From the NCBI RefSeq assembly GCF_032191835.1, contig NC_083227.1:37324001-37388000 (forward strand): a stretch of 64,000 nucleotides of DNA. Reading direction: 5' to 3'. Of the stretch, positions 11,729-24,414 are shown piece after piece (positions within the stretch are counted from its first letter, which is position 1; each line of letters begins with the position of its first letter). This stretch comes from Heteronotia binoei. Its lineage: Eukaryota. A model generated the notes under the pieces. It saw only the letters and a program-made list of their open reading frames with translations. It had not been told where the DNA came from and searched no databases. Made by a program: the position numbers and the translations under genes.

Positions 11729-12640
11729 TGAGTATGGGCGTTTTACTGGAGCCTTCATTATCAATGGAGGCCCAGATAGCAGCCACTGCCAAGTCAGCAT
11801 TCTTCCACCTGAAGCGGGCGAGGCAGTTGGCCCCCTTTCTGGAACGTCGCGACCTCGCAACAGTGATCCATGCAACGGTCACCTCAAGATTGGACTACTG
11901 TAATGCCCTCTACTTGGGGCTACCTCTGTGCCGGACCCGGAAGCTGCAGCTGGTGCAGAACGCGTCGGCCAGGCTACTATTGGGGCTCTCGAAATGGGAG
12001 CACATACGGCCGGGGCTGCGCGAACTGCACTGGCTGCCAATTACCTACCGAGTCCAGTACAAAGTGTTGGTTATTACCTTTAAAGCCCTATATGGCCGAG
12101 GACCAGCCTACCTAAGGGACCGTCTCTCCCCACATGAACCCCAGAGGGCACTGAGGTCAGTGGGTAAAAACAAAATGACCATCCCTGGGCCGAGACAGGT
12201 CAAACTTAAAAACACCAGAACACGGGCCTTTTCAGCCGCGGCTCCTGCACTGTGGAACCAGCTTCCGGAGGAAGTGCGGGCCCTGCGGAACCTTGACCAG
12301 TTCTGCAGGGCTTGCAAGACCGCCCTTTTCAGACAAGCCTATACTGATACCAACTGCTGAGTTGCTTCGAATAAAGAGCCACCATCCATAATACGATCAT
12401 GGAATCATTTAAACTGGCAGAACCAGCGCCAAACAATTTTATTGCTGCCAGATACATTTAATACAATTTGAACTATGTATTTTAATCTAATTGACTGGGT
12501 TTTATGTTTATAATTTTAATTGTTAAATTCAAAGTTTTATCTATCTATGTTAATTGTTTGAAATGTTGTTAGCCGCCCTGAGCCGCCTAGGCGGGGAGGG
12601 CGGGATAGAAATAAAATTTATTATTATTATATTATTATTA
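11729..12640 (+). mobile_element. 5'-truncated L2 LINE (RT C-terminus, 3' UTR, (TTA)n tail)
   Basis: ORF 11716..12360 carries TSRLDYCNALYLGLP...LQLVQNASARLL...LHWLPI. The tail is AGCCGCCCTGAG...GGGCGGGATAGAAAT(TTA)n. The site is empty in the ZNF-B paralogous intron (about 42750). Confidence 0.92.
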
Positions 12641-12849
12641 TGACACAATATGAATCCTGATCAACATACTACCATATGGACACTTCTTCTGAGCCACTTA
12701 GGTGTCTCTTGACTAGGTCAGTGATAAAACTCCATTCTCTTTTGGTTTCTTTCTGCCTTTTTGATATCTTTCCATTTCCATTTTCATAGGCAAGTGAATA
12801 AGAGTTGTCTTTCCACAGTCAAAAGCAACCCAAGAAGAAGGGGAAAGAG

Positions 12850-13272
12850 ATGGAAGAGGAGGACTCAGAAGGCCCTGGAACTGGCAAGAGATTGAAGAAG
12901 TGTTCCCAACCTATCCAGGTAGTGAGTGATGTTGAATTTGAGGAAAAAGCTGTGCCAGAGATCTTGACTCAGGACACGATGACTGCAGATGTACGCAGCC
13001 GATGCTTCCGGTGGTTCTGTTACCATGAGGTCGATGGACCCCGAGAGTTTTGCAGCAAGCTCTATGGACTGTGCAACCATTGGCTGAAGCCAGAGAGGAA
13101 CACCAAGAAACAGATGCTGGACCTGGTGATCCTGGAGCAGTTCCTGGCAGCCTTACCCCAGGAAATGCAACGCTGGGTCAGAGGATGCGAGCCAGAGACC
13201 AGTTCCCAGGCGGTGGCCCTGGCTGAAGGTTTCCTCCTGAGTCAGGCTGAGGAGAAGAGGCAGACAGAGCAG
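12850..13272 (+). CDS. ZNF-A coding exon 1: SCAN domain
   Basis: Acceptor TTTTCATAG at 12789, ATG at 12850, SCAN motif [30 protein letters not shown]...LVILEQFL...[18 protein letters not shown], donor CAG|GTGAGG (phase 0). Confidence 0.93.
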
Positions 13273-13449
13273 GTGAGGTTCAGGATCCATCTCCTCAGCT
13301 TGTTCCATTCCTTCTCTTACCTGTGTCCCTGTCTGTTATTTCAGATGTGGGGAGAATCCCTGAAGATGGAAGCTTTCAAGCATTGACCTTATCCTAAGGC
13401 TTCCTGTTTGATATTTCTGTTTGAATGTGTGTTAACCTTTCTAATGTTG

Positions 13450-14218
13450 CTTCCGATGTACGATGACCCTACAATTTAATGTCCTTCAAAATGTCCTATT
13501 GTTAACACCCTTGCTTAGGTTTTACAAACTGATGGTCGGGTCTTCTTTGATTGAGTCAATTAATCCCATGTTCGGTCGTCTACTTTTCCTAGCATCATTG
13601 TCTTTTCTAGTGACAATTGTCTTCTTGTACTGTCATGAAAGTATTATAGCCTCATTTTAGTCATTTTAGCTTCTAGGGAGAGTTCAGGTTTGATTTGCTC
13701 TAGAACCCACTGATTTGTATTTTTGACTGTCCATGGTATCTGTAAAAACTCTCCTCCAACATCAAAAGAATCAACTTTCTCCATGCCAACTTTCTTCATT
13801 GTCCAACTTTCTCACCCACACATAGTAATGGGGTACTATGGCATGAATTAACTTGATCTTGTTCACTAATGACACGTTCTAGCTCCTTCTTGACTCCCCT
13901 TCCCAGCCGCAATCTCCTTCTGATTTCTGCACTGTGGAACCAGTCTCCCTTTTGGTTGACAGTGGAGCCACGGAACAGAAAACCTTAAACAATTTCAAGT
14001 TCTTCATCATGAACCCTACATTTGTGTAGCTCCACACTAGTTGTTACTTTTTTCTTCTTGATGTTCAGCTATAATCCCACTTTGGCACATTCTGCTTTCA
14101 ATCTTCATTAGTAGTTTTTTCAAGTCTTTACTATCTTCTGCCAGTAGTGTGGTGTCATTTTGCATATCTCAAATTGTTACTGTTCCTTCTGTGAATTTTC
14201 ACTCCACCTTCATCTAAA
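13450..14218 (-). mobile_element. RTE/BovB LINE fragment (shared with the ZNF-B intron, 43560..44620)
   Basis: BovB-like RT/3' sequence (GGACAGTCAAAAATACAAATCAGTGGGTTCTAGAGCAAATCAAACCTGAACTCTC on the - strand). It sits at the same position in both paralogs. Confidence 0.7.
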
Positions 14219-15113
14219 CCAGGGATGTCAAAACATGCGGCCCGGGGGCCAGATCAGGCCCCCAAGCAACTGCTTCCTTCACCCGCTGTCTTGCTTCCTT
14301 CTGCATCACAGCTTGTTTTGCCAGGCTTGCTCAATTGGACAGGAGCTACAGAGCAAAGCCTCTATTTTCTCCATTGACTGAGGTTCCTCCCTTGGGGAGG
14401 AAGGAGGGGAGGAATAGTTTGCTTTGCCAGGATCTCTCAATCGCACAGCAGAGCTACTGAGCCAAGTCTCTCTTCCTTCTATTGGCTGAGGTTCCTCCCG
14501 CTCCTGGTCCCCTGGGGAAGGAAGGAAAGAGCCAGAGCTTCTTTTGCTCAGTTCCCTGGATCACATAGGAGAGATACAAAGAAAGCACCTTTAAGACCAA
14601 TGAGTGCTAATGTTTTAAGCATGTTGTATTTTAAACTTTTAAAAATATCTTTGTGTCCTTTTAAAGTTTATATCTCTGCGATCTGGCAGATAAGAGTCAG
14701 CACACTTAAACACTACATTAAACTGGCTCCAGGTATTTCTGCCTCTAGATGTTTCACTAGCCTGAGAAGAAAACCCCACTATGATTCTTGCCCCTGTAGC
14801 TAAAGCAGCTCTGATGGTGGATGCAGGGATGAGGAGAGTGGGATTGGGTCAGGATCCATCTCCTCAGCCGGTTCCATTCCTTCTCTTACTTGTATCTATA
14901 AAAACACTCCTCCAACACCACATTTCAAAAGAAACAAATTTCTCCATGCTTTCTCACCCACACATAGTAGTGGGGAATACTGTGGCATAAATTAACTTGG
15001 TTGAAGCAGCTCTGATGGTGACTGCAGGGATGAGGAGACTAGAGTGGGTCAGGATCCATGTCCTCGGCTGATTCCATTCCTTCTCTTACCTGTGTTCCTT
15101 GCTGTTCTTTCAG

Positions 15114-15228
15114 ACGTGGGGACGATCTCTGAAGATGGAAGAAAAGTCCCCTGAGGGCAAAAGAGCTCCCTCAGAGGAAAGTCAGAGGGCACCATTGCAG
15201 GAACATGCCCAAGATTCCCTGCCAAGTG
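15114..15228 (+). CDS. ZNF-A coding exon 2 (linker, 115 nt)
   Basis: CTTTCAG|ACGTGG...CCAAGTG|GTAAGA; TWGRSLKMEEKSPEGKRAPSEESQRAPLQEHAQDSLPS; same size as ZNF-B exon 44788..44902. Confidence 0.85.
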
Positions 15229-15434
15229 GTAAGAGTGCTTCCTGCCCAGAACGGATGAGGGTCTGAAGTCAGGTTGTGCAGACGATTCAGGACAGGATAA
15301 AAGGGGAATACTTCTGCAGACTACACAGAATTGAGTTCTGGGACATGATGCCATAGGAGGTAGTGATGGTCCCTTTAGTTTAAGGGGGAGTAGAGAGAAT
15401 CATGAAATGCAATTTTATTCTTGTTTAATTAATT

Positions 15435-17040
15435 TTTTTTAATATGTATATTTTTATTATTAATACATTATCCGTTTCTCTACACGGTTTCTGATATCCA
15501 TTTTACATTTACCCCCAACCCACCCCCCTTAGTCTATGCATCCTTTTCTTCTTCCAGCCAGGGACAAAGGACTCGAAGCTTCCACTGAATGTCCACTCTC
15601 CTTTCTTCCTTCGCCCATTTCAGATACGTCAGCCACTTTTCTTTAATTCTTGATCTTCTTTCTTCCCATGATTCTTCTTGCACCATTATAGCGGCTATAT
15701 CCGACTGGACAAAATCAAAGAGGTAGTTATGCCAAGTACTTTCCTTCCATTTACTTTTGTCCTTCCATCCTGCCGCTATTACCGCTTTACCCGCTGATAT
15801 CATTGCTTTTAGTAAATGTTGGTTGTTTTTCCCTGTTTTTTCATTCCCTAATAAACTCATCTGCATTAGTTCGAAGTTAATTCTCGGCTCTACCTGAAAG
15901 AATTTCTTTATCATTCCCACTACCATATCCCATAGTTTCTTGGCCTCAGGACACTCCCACCACATGTGGGAATACCATCCCTTTTCTTTCTTACAATGCC
16001 AACACTTAGGACTCAACCCAGGAAACATATTGGCTAAAGTAGCCGGAGTTCTATACCATTTGGTGAAAAATTTCAATTCCATTTCTCTAACCTTATGTAT
16101 CTTAACTTTTTTTAAACCTTCCATTATCTTCTCCCCTGTTCGTTTCGTTATTTGGCCTTCTAAACTCCATGACCGTTGAAGGTAGCTTATTGCTCCTTCG
16201 TTACCTAAATTCATGCTCCTGTATAGGATGCCTGCTAATCCTTTTTTTGTTTTACCCATTAATTTATAAAACTTTTCCATAGGTTCTTCTTCATTTAAGT
16301 TACTCTTCTCCACTTCCTTTTTAACTTTAGTATACAATCCTGTGGCCTTAAGCCAGTATTGTATTCCTACGACTTCTTGAAATTCATGTAATGGTTTTAA
16401 CTTATCTAGTATTAACAAATCTTCTACCCTTCTAAATCCTTTAGCCTTAAGTAGTTCGCTCCACCTATGCTCCTTGTCTCCTTCCATCAACACTTCTAAT
16501 GGCGTCCATCTAGATACCCGATTCAGCCATTTTGGTTGCCATTTCTTCCAAACATTTAGCCCATTTTTCCTTGGTCCCACGTTTAAATTAAGTTCCTTCG
16601 CCCCCATGTTCGTAAAGATGCCATGTTTTCCTACCCCATTATTAGCTTCATTCTCAAACCTTATCCATTTCTGGTCCCCTTCCTTCTCTATTTCTAATAA
16701 TGCTTTAAGCTGAAATGCTTCATAATAATTGACTATATCTGGGACTCCCCATCCAAGTTCTGATTTATGATTGTATGCTAATTTTTTTGGAAATCTAAGT
16801 TTCCTACTACCAAATATCCATTCCCTTATTTTAGTGTTCCAGTTAGTCATTTTTTGCTTATCTAACTCCAGTGGTATCGTTTGAAAAAGGTACGACAACC
16901 TTGGCATCCAAAACATCGATACACTCTTTATTCTAGTGGTCAGGCTCATCGTCCTTTTCCCCCACTGCTGCATATCCCTCTCTATTTTCTCCCAGATTTT
17001 ATTATAATTTCCCTCCACTATCCTGTTGATATTTTTATAA
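15435..17040 (-). mobile_element. Young 5'-truncated L1-clade LINE in ZNF-A intron 2
   Basis: Uninterrupted 494-aa ORF2 C-terminus (15534..17018) with the CCHC knuckle CWHCKKEKGWYSHMWWEC. Perfect 18-bp TSD ATTCTTGTTTAATTAATT (15417-15434, 17041-17058). Absent at the ZNF-B site (about 45095). Confidence 0.93.
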
Positions 17041-17254
17041 ATTCTTGTTTAATTAATTAATTAAAATATGCATGTCTCACCTGGTATTTCTCTTCCACCT
17101 TACTAAAAGGCAGTACACATTTTCTTGAGTGTAAAGAAGACAAGGTTTCAGAAGTCTGGGAGCCGGGATGCATGAGGCAGAATTCAAACAAAATTCAAAG
17201 AAGTAAACAAAATAGGGATTAACATTCATCCTTCCAATATTGTCTTCCTTTCAG

Positions 17255-17325
17255 GCAGTGAAGAGATGCTGTCAATCCTTCATCTGTGCAGCGAAGTGGA
17301 AACAGCTGCTCCACATCTGGCCCAG
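17255..17325 (+). CDS. ZNF-A coding exon 3 (71 nt)
   Basis: CTTTCAG|GCAGTG...GCCCAG|GTAGGG; phase 1 to 0; paralog of 46199..46269. Confidence 0.85.
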
Positions 17326-17463
17326 GTAGGGGGGATTAATGGGGTATAGTCGGGCCCCCCACCTTTCTCATGAAAGCTTTTGGTCCTGCTGACGGTGGAG
17401 AGAGAGGTTCTGAACCAAACTCTACATCCTGCACCCTCCCAGAATCCCCCGTTGGGAGTGTAG

Positions 17464-17706
<243 letters not shown>

Positions 17707-19225
17707 TGAAAAGCAACATATTGTTGTGAGGACTGCCCAGCTATCTCCCCTCTGCTGGGGGCCTCAAGGAGGTGGGATGGCAGAGGAAGCGATGGTTCAG
17801 CATGGCCAGTGTTGTGGCCATCACCCAAGCCAGAGAATGTGTCCTGGTCTGAGTCCAAGTTGGAGCTGAGAGGCTCTCTGAAGTACGCTGGAAGGGATGA
17901 GATCCCAGTTTCTCAGTTGCCAACCTTTACAGCATGCTATAAGGACCTTGGGAGTTCCCCAAGGCTCTAACAGGGTAGGGTCACAAGTGTTGGCAGGATT
18001 TGGGCTTATTGTTAGCTCCTGCCCTATTAACTAATAACACCTGCCTGGCAGCTTGCCCTGCATGGAAGGTGACCTTGGGAGACTGCTTTCTTAGGGTTTT
18101 TCTTCTTCTTTTCCTGATCTTCCACGCACCAGATGTTAATTAGCTTTTTAGCCTTTGCTTGGGTTGGGAGTATAGAAGAGGAAGGTTTGTCTGGGTGCTT
18201 GGATACGGCTGCAGGCCACACCATCCAAGTAGAAGGATTTTGATGTTTTTGTTGAATAGGTATAAGACACCCAAGGAAAGCTGTCTGAGGATATTAAGAG
18301 GCAGTAAGATTTATAGTTTTTAAGATATACATTTAGCCAGAAGATAGTGATACTTTTTGTTTATTTGTTTAATCTTTTGGGATTAAGCGTCTTTGTTTCC
18401 TGTCTGTGACTACTGCTAGACCAATAAATCTGCTGTGCATATAAATTGTGTAAGGGTTTATACCAGCTGAGTGTGAGTATGTCCCAGAAGGGAACCTGAA
18501 AGAGCTCAGGGTACTCATTCATACACATGCCCTCCCCTGAGATGGGATTATGGACATGAACTCTGATTGTGATCTCTATAGGATCCATCCCCTTTATAGT
18601 GGTCGGGATTCTGGGCTTTGATCTTGACCATGTTTCTGTCCTTCCAGAAGAATTTTTCTCTTGGATTTTTTTCCTTTCCATATTGGAATTATATATCTCT
18701 CTCAAGGCAGCTTACAAATCATACTGAAAAGCATAGTAGGAGTGTGCAAAAAACCTGATTTTGCCAGCTCCATTGTAGCTTACAGGGACCATTATAGTCA
18801 GTGGCACCATAGGCTATAATGAAAATTGATCTAGGGGTATCTGGGCTTCTGGGGGGGGCTGTTTTTCAGGGTTTTAAAAAGATTGGACCATGGGCCCCAG
18901 GAGGAGGTGCTCCCATCCATTGTTTCCAATAGAGGTTCTGAGCTAAAACAGACATCCCTGAGCTCCCTGTTAAAATTTTATGCGCCAACACCCCCTAGCA
19001 CAGCTTAGAGGGAACTATGATGGAAAGTCTGGGAAGAGGAGAGATAGGCATAATATAAAAACAGTTCTACAGGAAGGCTTGACAGGGATTAGATTGGCCA
19101 GTGTCTCCATTTGGGAGGAAAGAAGATCTGATCAAAGAAATGTATGCCCATTCATGAGCAGTGCCTGACTGGTGCCTTGGCTTCTTGTGTGGGTGCTGAT
19201 TGAAAATCCTGCTTTATTCCAGCAG

Positions 19226-19342
19226 CAGACATAGAGGAGACAGCTGGGGAATTCCAGGGGTTCTCTTTGGAGAAAAACAAGAATGAAGGTGCCAAAGGAC
19301 ACTATGGGGATGCACCACAGAGGCAGGAGGGAAACCACACAG
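19226..19342 (+). CDS. ZNF-A probable 117-nt cassette exon (phase 1-1)
   Basis: CTTTATTCCAGCAG|CAGAC...CACACAG|GTAAGA; open [39 protein letters not shown]; same length, frame and splice sites in ZNF-B (52063..52179). Confidence 0.6.
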
Positions 19343-19660
19343 GTAAGAGGAAGAATAACCACATTCCTTGCCAAGGAGGGATTTCTGTGAAGTCCTAGAC
19401 CAGGAAGAATGGTCAATAATAAAAGAAAAAGGAACAAAGGCTTCCATCCTAACCAAAGAATTCACTCCAGGGAAAATGAGTGTGGCCTTTGGAAGTCATT
19501 AAGTCAGAGAATTAACATCATTTTCCAGGCACAAATTCCTTTAGTAGAGAAACTGTATAACTGCTTGCAGTGGAGAAAGTGCTTCAGCTGGAAAAGAGCA
19601 CTGACTTCACATCAAAAAAGTCACTCACACAGGTGGGGAGCAATATAAATGATCAGCGTC
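19343..19660 (+). pseudogene. Relic of an older terminal zinc-finger exon (now intronic)
   Basis: Continues KRKNNHIPCQGG, then frameshifts and stops. It contains the degenerate finger LYNCLQWRKCFSWKRALTSHQKSH. Confidence 0.7.
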
Positions 19661-19832
19661 CAAACCAAGCGTCTCTTGTGGAGGAGACTTAATGTACTTA
19701 AAAAGTGTATTACTGTACACTTCAGTGTGCAGGAGAAAGAAGCAGAAGAAATATTTAGAGTGCAGATAAAAATTTAGTTGTAGATCAGGTATCTTTGGGT
19801 GGGTTTTAACAGTATTTCTTTTTTTATTTCTG

Positions 19833-22800
19833 TTTTTGTGTCAAACCAATTTTTATTTTTGCAATATATTGAAATAATAACTATAAACAAATTAATACCA
19901 ACATAATATCAATATCAATGTATTGCATTTCCCCCCCTTCCAACCCCCCTTTTCCTGACTCTCACCAGTATTTACTTAAATTACTAAGAAGCAATACAAG
20001 GTAGTTCCCTCAATCCTAGAATCTTCATACTGAATTAATGAAATCAAAACATAGCCCTTTAAAATGCTTATTCATAAAAAATAACAATACAACCATAATA
20101 AAAAAATTATATATATATATATATAGTCTCTTTTCATTTTCATTATGTCATAATGTCACCTTATTGTAAAAATAGAAAAAAGAATATACTATAAAAAGAA
20201 CATAAAGAACATTCTTCCCTTAAGTTTTTAGTCCATTATTCCACAAAATTTTTAACTATTGCCAATTACATCATCTGCAAACGCTCGGTATTTATAAGAA
20301 AAGCCTTTTAATTTAGGTCCCTCTATTTCCTTATCTTCTTGTATTTGGATAAGCAAGATCTCTAAAGTCATTATAAATATCAATGGAGATGTGCCATTAT
20401 AAATATCAGTGGGCAACCTTGTCTTGTACCTTTGCTGGAAAACAGAAAGGAAGAAGGCATTTCCATCTACCAATGTTGGTATCCAGCTCTGCAAAACACC
20501 CTACAGACTATAAATTGCAGAAGGTCACAGAACAATCAGCACAGTCAACAACCATCTTCCTTATCTTCACACCCCTTCCAACCCTCCAAGCAATTAACAC
20601 AGAACAATGGTCGCATTCCACAGCCAGTTTCCTTATCACTACCCTTCCAGGAAGCCCCACCAAACAATGGGCACATCCACAAACCAATTGCCCTCTCACC
20701 ACACCCCCTCCAGCCTAGAAACAGCAGCTCTCCAGCAGCCCTGGCCTCACTCAATGCACAGCAGCCAAGAAGGTCAGAGCGCCTGCTCCGGCTGCAATGC
20801 CACTGAGGATGTTCTCTGCAGCTGAGAACGAAACGTCTGGAAGAAGAGCTTTCTCCAGTAGAACATGGCACTTGAGCCCGAAAGATTCTACAAACCCTAA
20901 TAATATCTATAACAGTTCTAATATTATCTCCTGGGAAGAAATTTGTCTCCTGGGAAGAAATCGTGCTTGTTCCTCTTTAATAACATAATTCAAGTGCTGT
21001 TTGCGTCTTTCTGCTAGTATCCTAGCATATATTTTATAATCATTATTAAGTAGTGAAATTGGTCTAAAATTTTTTACATTCGTGGGGTCTGTCTTCTTTT
21101 GGTATCAACGAAATTACTGCTTCCTTCCATGTACTTGGTATTTTCCCATCATTCCTTATTATGTTCATCAATTTCTGAAGTTTTGGTACTAATGTATCAC
21201 CAAGGACTGTATAAAATTTTGCTGTAAATCCATCTGGACCAGGTGGCTTTCCCAATTTCATTGAATTTATTGCTGCTTCAACTTCTATTTTTTCAATTGG
21301 ATCATTTAGAATTTTTTTCATGTTTTCTGTTAAAGGGTTTACTTGAATTCTCTGCAAATATACACATTTATTTTACTTTTTTCCACCTTTTGGCTTTGAA
21401 ATAGCTTAGCATAATATTTATAAAATTCCCTTTTAATTCCTGCTTGGTCAACAATTTCTTTATCTCCAGACACGATCTTATTTATAACTCTATTCTCCCT
21501 TTTCTTTTTCATCTGCCAAGCCAGATATTTTCCAGGTTTGTTTGCTCCTTCAAAGGATTTCTGTTGCAGTATTTAAGGTTCCATTCAACCTCTTTATTTA
21601 ATGAATGTTCCAATTGTTTCAGTAATATTGTGGTCTCTCTTATAAGTTTTTTTTCCCCCTGGTCGCTTTCTAAGATCCTTTTCTTTATTGGCAATCTCTT
21701 TTTGAATATCTAGCATTTGTTTCTCCTTATTTCTTTTATCTTTATTATTCATAGTAATTAAAATGCCTCTCATCACTGCTTTATATGCATCCCACACCAT
21801 TTGAAATTGAATGTCTTCATTTATTTGAAAGAAAGCTTTAGTTTCCTTTTCTAGAGACACCACAATTTCTGTTTTCTGAAGCAGATCATTTATTCTCCAC
21901 CTCCTTGTCTTTATGACATACTTTGCTGACCACATTAATGGATTATGATCCACCCTAACTTAAGGAAGAATCTCTATTTTTTTGTCCACAAACCAATATC
22001 TTTTGTAACCCATATCAATTCTTGAGAAAGATTGTGCCTTGCTGAAAAGAAGGTATAGTCCCGCACTTTAGGATTAAATTTCCTCCACACATCTTCCAAA
22101 CTCTCTTGTTTTACTAACTCAAAAAATGACTTTGGAAATTTCCTTTCGTTATTTCTTATTCCGGATCTGTGCAGCATGTTTTTTACTGTCCCATTAAAAT
22201 CATCCATTATCATCATTTGTTCGTATGTCACCTGGTCTGGTTGTTGCACAGTGTTTTTAAAGAAGGCATCTTTCGCCCCATTAGGGGCATACAACCCCAC
22301 TAACAGTGTCTTTTTATCATTTAACATCACTTCTACTGCTAAGTATCTTCCATCATTATCTTTAAAGACCAATTTTGGATCCAATTCTTGTTTAATATAA
22401 AAGATCACACCCCTCTTATTCTCTTTAGCTAACGAAAAAAATTCTACACCCAATGACTTGTTCCATAAAAATTTATAATCCATTTGTTTGATATGTACTT
22501 CTTGTAAGCAAATTATATTACATTTTTGTTTTTTAATCCAATGAAATGTAGTTTTACTTTTTTCCAGTGAGTTTAGTCCATTTACATTCCAAGATAATAA
22601 TTTGTAATCCATAATGGTTCTTCTTTTATTCTGTATCCTCAAAATCCCTATGCTCCTCAAAAAACCTTCTCATTGCTTGAACATTATTAATTGTAATCCT
22701 TTTGCCTCCATGTTCAAAACTCAGACCTTCTGGTAAAATCCACCTATATCGCACATCTCTGTCTCGCAATTTATCAGTCAGTTTCGTATAGTCTTCTCTC

Positions 22801-24386
22801 ATTTATGACCTTTTTTGGCAGCTCTTTCATAATTCTCACTCTGCTTTCATCCACTTCCAATGTTTTTTCAAATTGTTTTCTAAAGATTCTTCCCACCATA
22901 TCCCTTGACACAAATCTTACTACCACATCCTTGGTAGTTTATTTTTTTTGGCATACATTGAATTGACTCTGTATATATAATCATAAAGATGACTAGATTG
23001 ATCAGGGTCTATTTCCAAAAACTCAGCAATAATTCCTGTTACATAAATCTTCAAATCCAATTCTTCTTTTTCAGGTACTCCTCTTAGACGTATCTGGTTT
23101 TCCATCAACTTGCAGTCTTGTAGAACTACTTTCTCCTGCAGCTTGTTGATCATGGAATCTTGATCTTTCACTTTATTTTCCACAATGTATACTTTATTTA
23201 CATCACTTTAACTAACCTCGCCTCCATGGCATCATGTTGTTTTTGCACTGCTTTTGCCATCTTTACTTCTTCTAACGTACTGGTCCTCTGACGGAGCTTC
23301 GGTCCCACCTTATGCTCTGACATTACTGTCCTCCCATAGCAAATACAGGCTCTAAACTTGATCTCGCCAAATTATAATTTGATCACTGGATTTTGAAGCT
23401 TGAAGCTCGCCTTTCCAAAGAGCCTAAAATCGCCGCTCTCACAGCTGCCAAACTCCCGATATTAATTTTTAAGTTTTCCTTTTTCACCTTAAGTCCACCA
23501 AAGTTCATTTCATTTGTATATTCCAGTGGGTTTCACTTTTTCCAAATGATATCTGTCAGCTCCCCTAAATTTTATAGTCCCATTTATTTTTGAAAAGTTT
23601 TTTTAAATTATGACCTTCCTTTAATGGCCACCAAACTTTTTCTATGGTTTTATGGCCCTAGAGAGGACCAGGAGGTCTAATCTTTGCCCTTCTTCCAATG
23701 GCTCCTTCCTGCTTTTCTTGCCACAAAGTCTTGTTCTTTATGGTAGAGGGAACTCGCGATGTTTCGATGATGTCACTTCCTGTGACATTTCCACCTTCTG
23801 CAGCTCAATGACGATGGGGGTTTGTGCAGAAACCGCAGATATTCAAAATATGAGGGTTTTTTTTTGCTCTTAACTTTGTTTCCTTAACTCCAAAAGTCCC
23901 AAAATTACCCCCTTCCTTTCTTCTTTGCCATAGAATATTATACTTGAGTCCAGATTTTTATCCTTATTTTATATGAAGCTTATATTAGTCCCGGAATGGT
24001 AGATAACAATCTTCCTACCTTGCCACCGAGTAGACCCTTCTCAACACCGTCCTTTCCAGAAATGAATAGGTATAAATTAGAATAGTCCCAAGAAAGCTTG
24101 AATCATGTTGAATTTAAGCCAAGTTAATGACCACGGAGCCCTCTTTAGATTCTGGAATGCGATCCTTCAACGGGGGTCCTTCAAAGCTTCAAAGGCACCC
24201 CTCTGGGATTCCTCTTCAGCCAAAGTAAACTCCTTCGGAATTTCCAGAGCATGCCTTGGCCTTTCCCCTATCTGAGATGGGTAGGCAGCAGGCGTTGAAA
24301 TCTCCTCCCCTGCCCAGAACAAAAGGCTCCGGTCCGCTCCTCTTTGAGAAGCGTCTCAATTCTTCATGATCCAACCCTGGAAGTCC
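19833..24386 (-). mobile_element. 5'-complete but internally deleted and decayed L1-clade LINE (ORF1, endonuclease, RT remnants)
   Basis: The 5' end reads GGACTTCC on the - strand. ORF1 remnants lie at about 22920-23600, endonuclease LLSWNVNGLN...CLQE at 21974..22660, KPPGPDGFTAKFY at 21064..21357, and RT KGTRQGCPL/AFADDV at about 20250-20450, with AATAAA near the 3' end. 25-bp TSD with one mismatch (19808-19832, 24387-24411). Confidence 0.9.
20515..20905 (+). mobile_element. Penelope-like terminal fragment nested in the L1
   Basis: CTGAGGATGTTCTCTGCAGCTGAGAACGAAACGTCTGGAAGAAGAGC...GAACATGGCACTTGAGCCCGAAAGATTCTACAAACCC resembles squamate Penelope ends; it interrupts L1 ORF2. Confidence 0.6.
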
Positions 24387-24414
24387 AACAGTATTTCTTT
24401 CTTTATTTCTGCAG

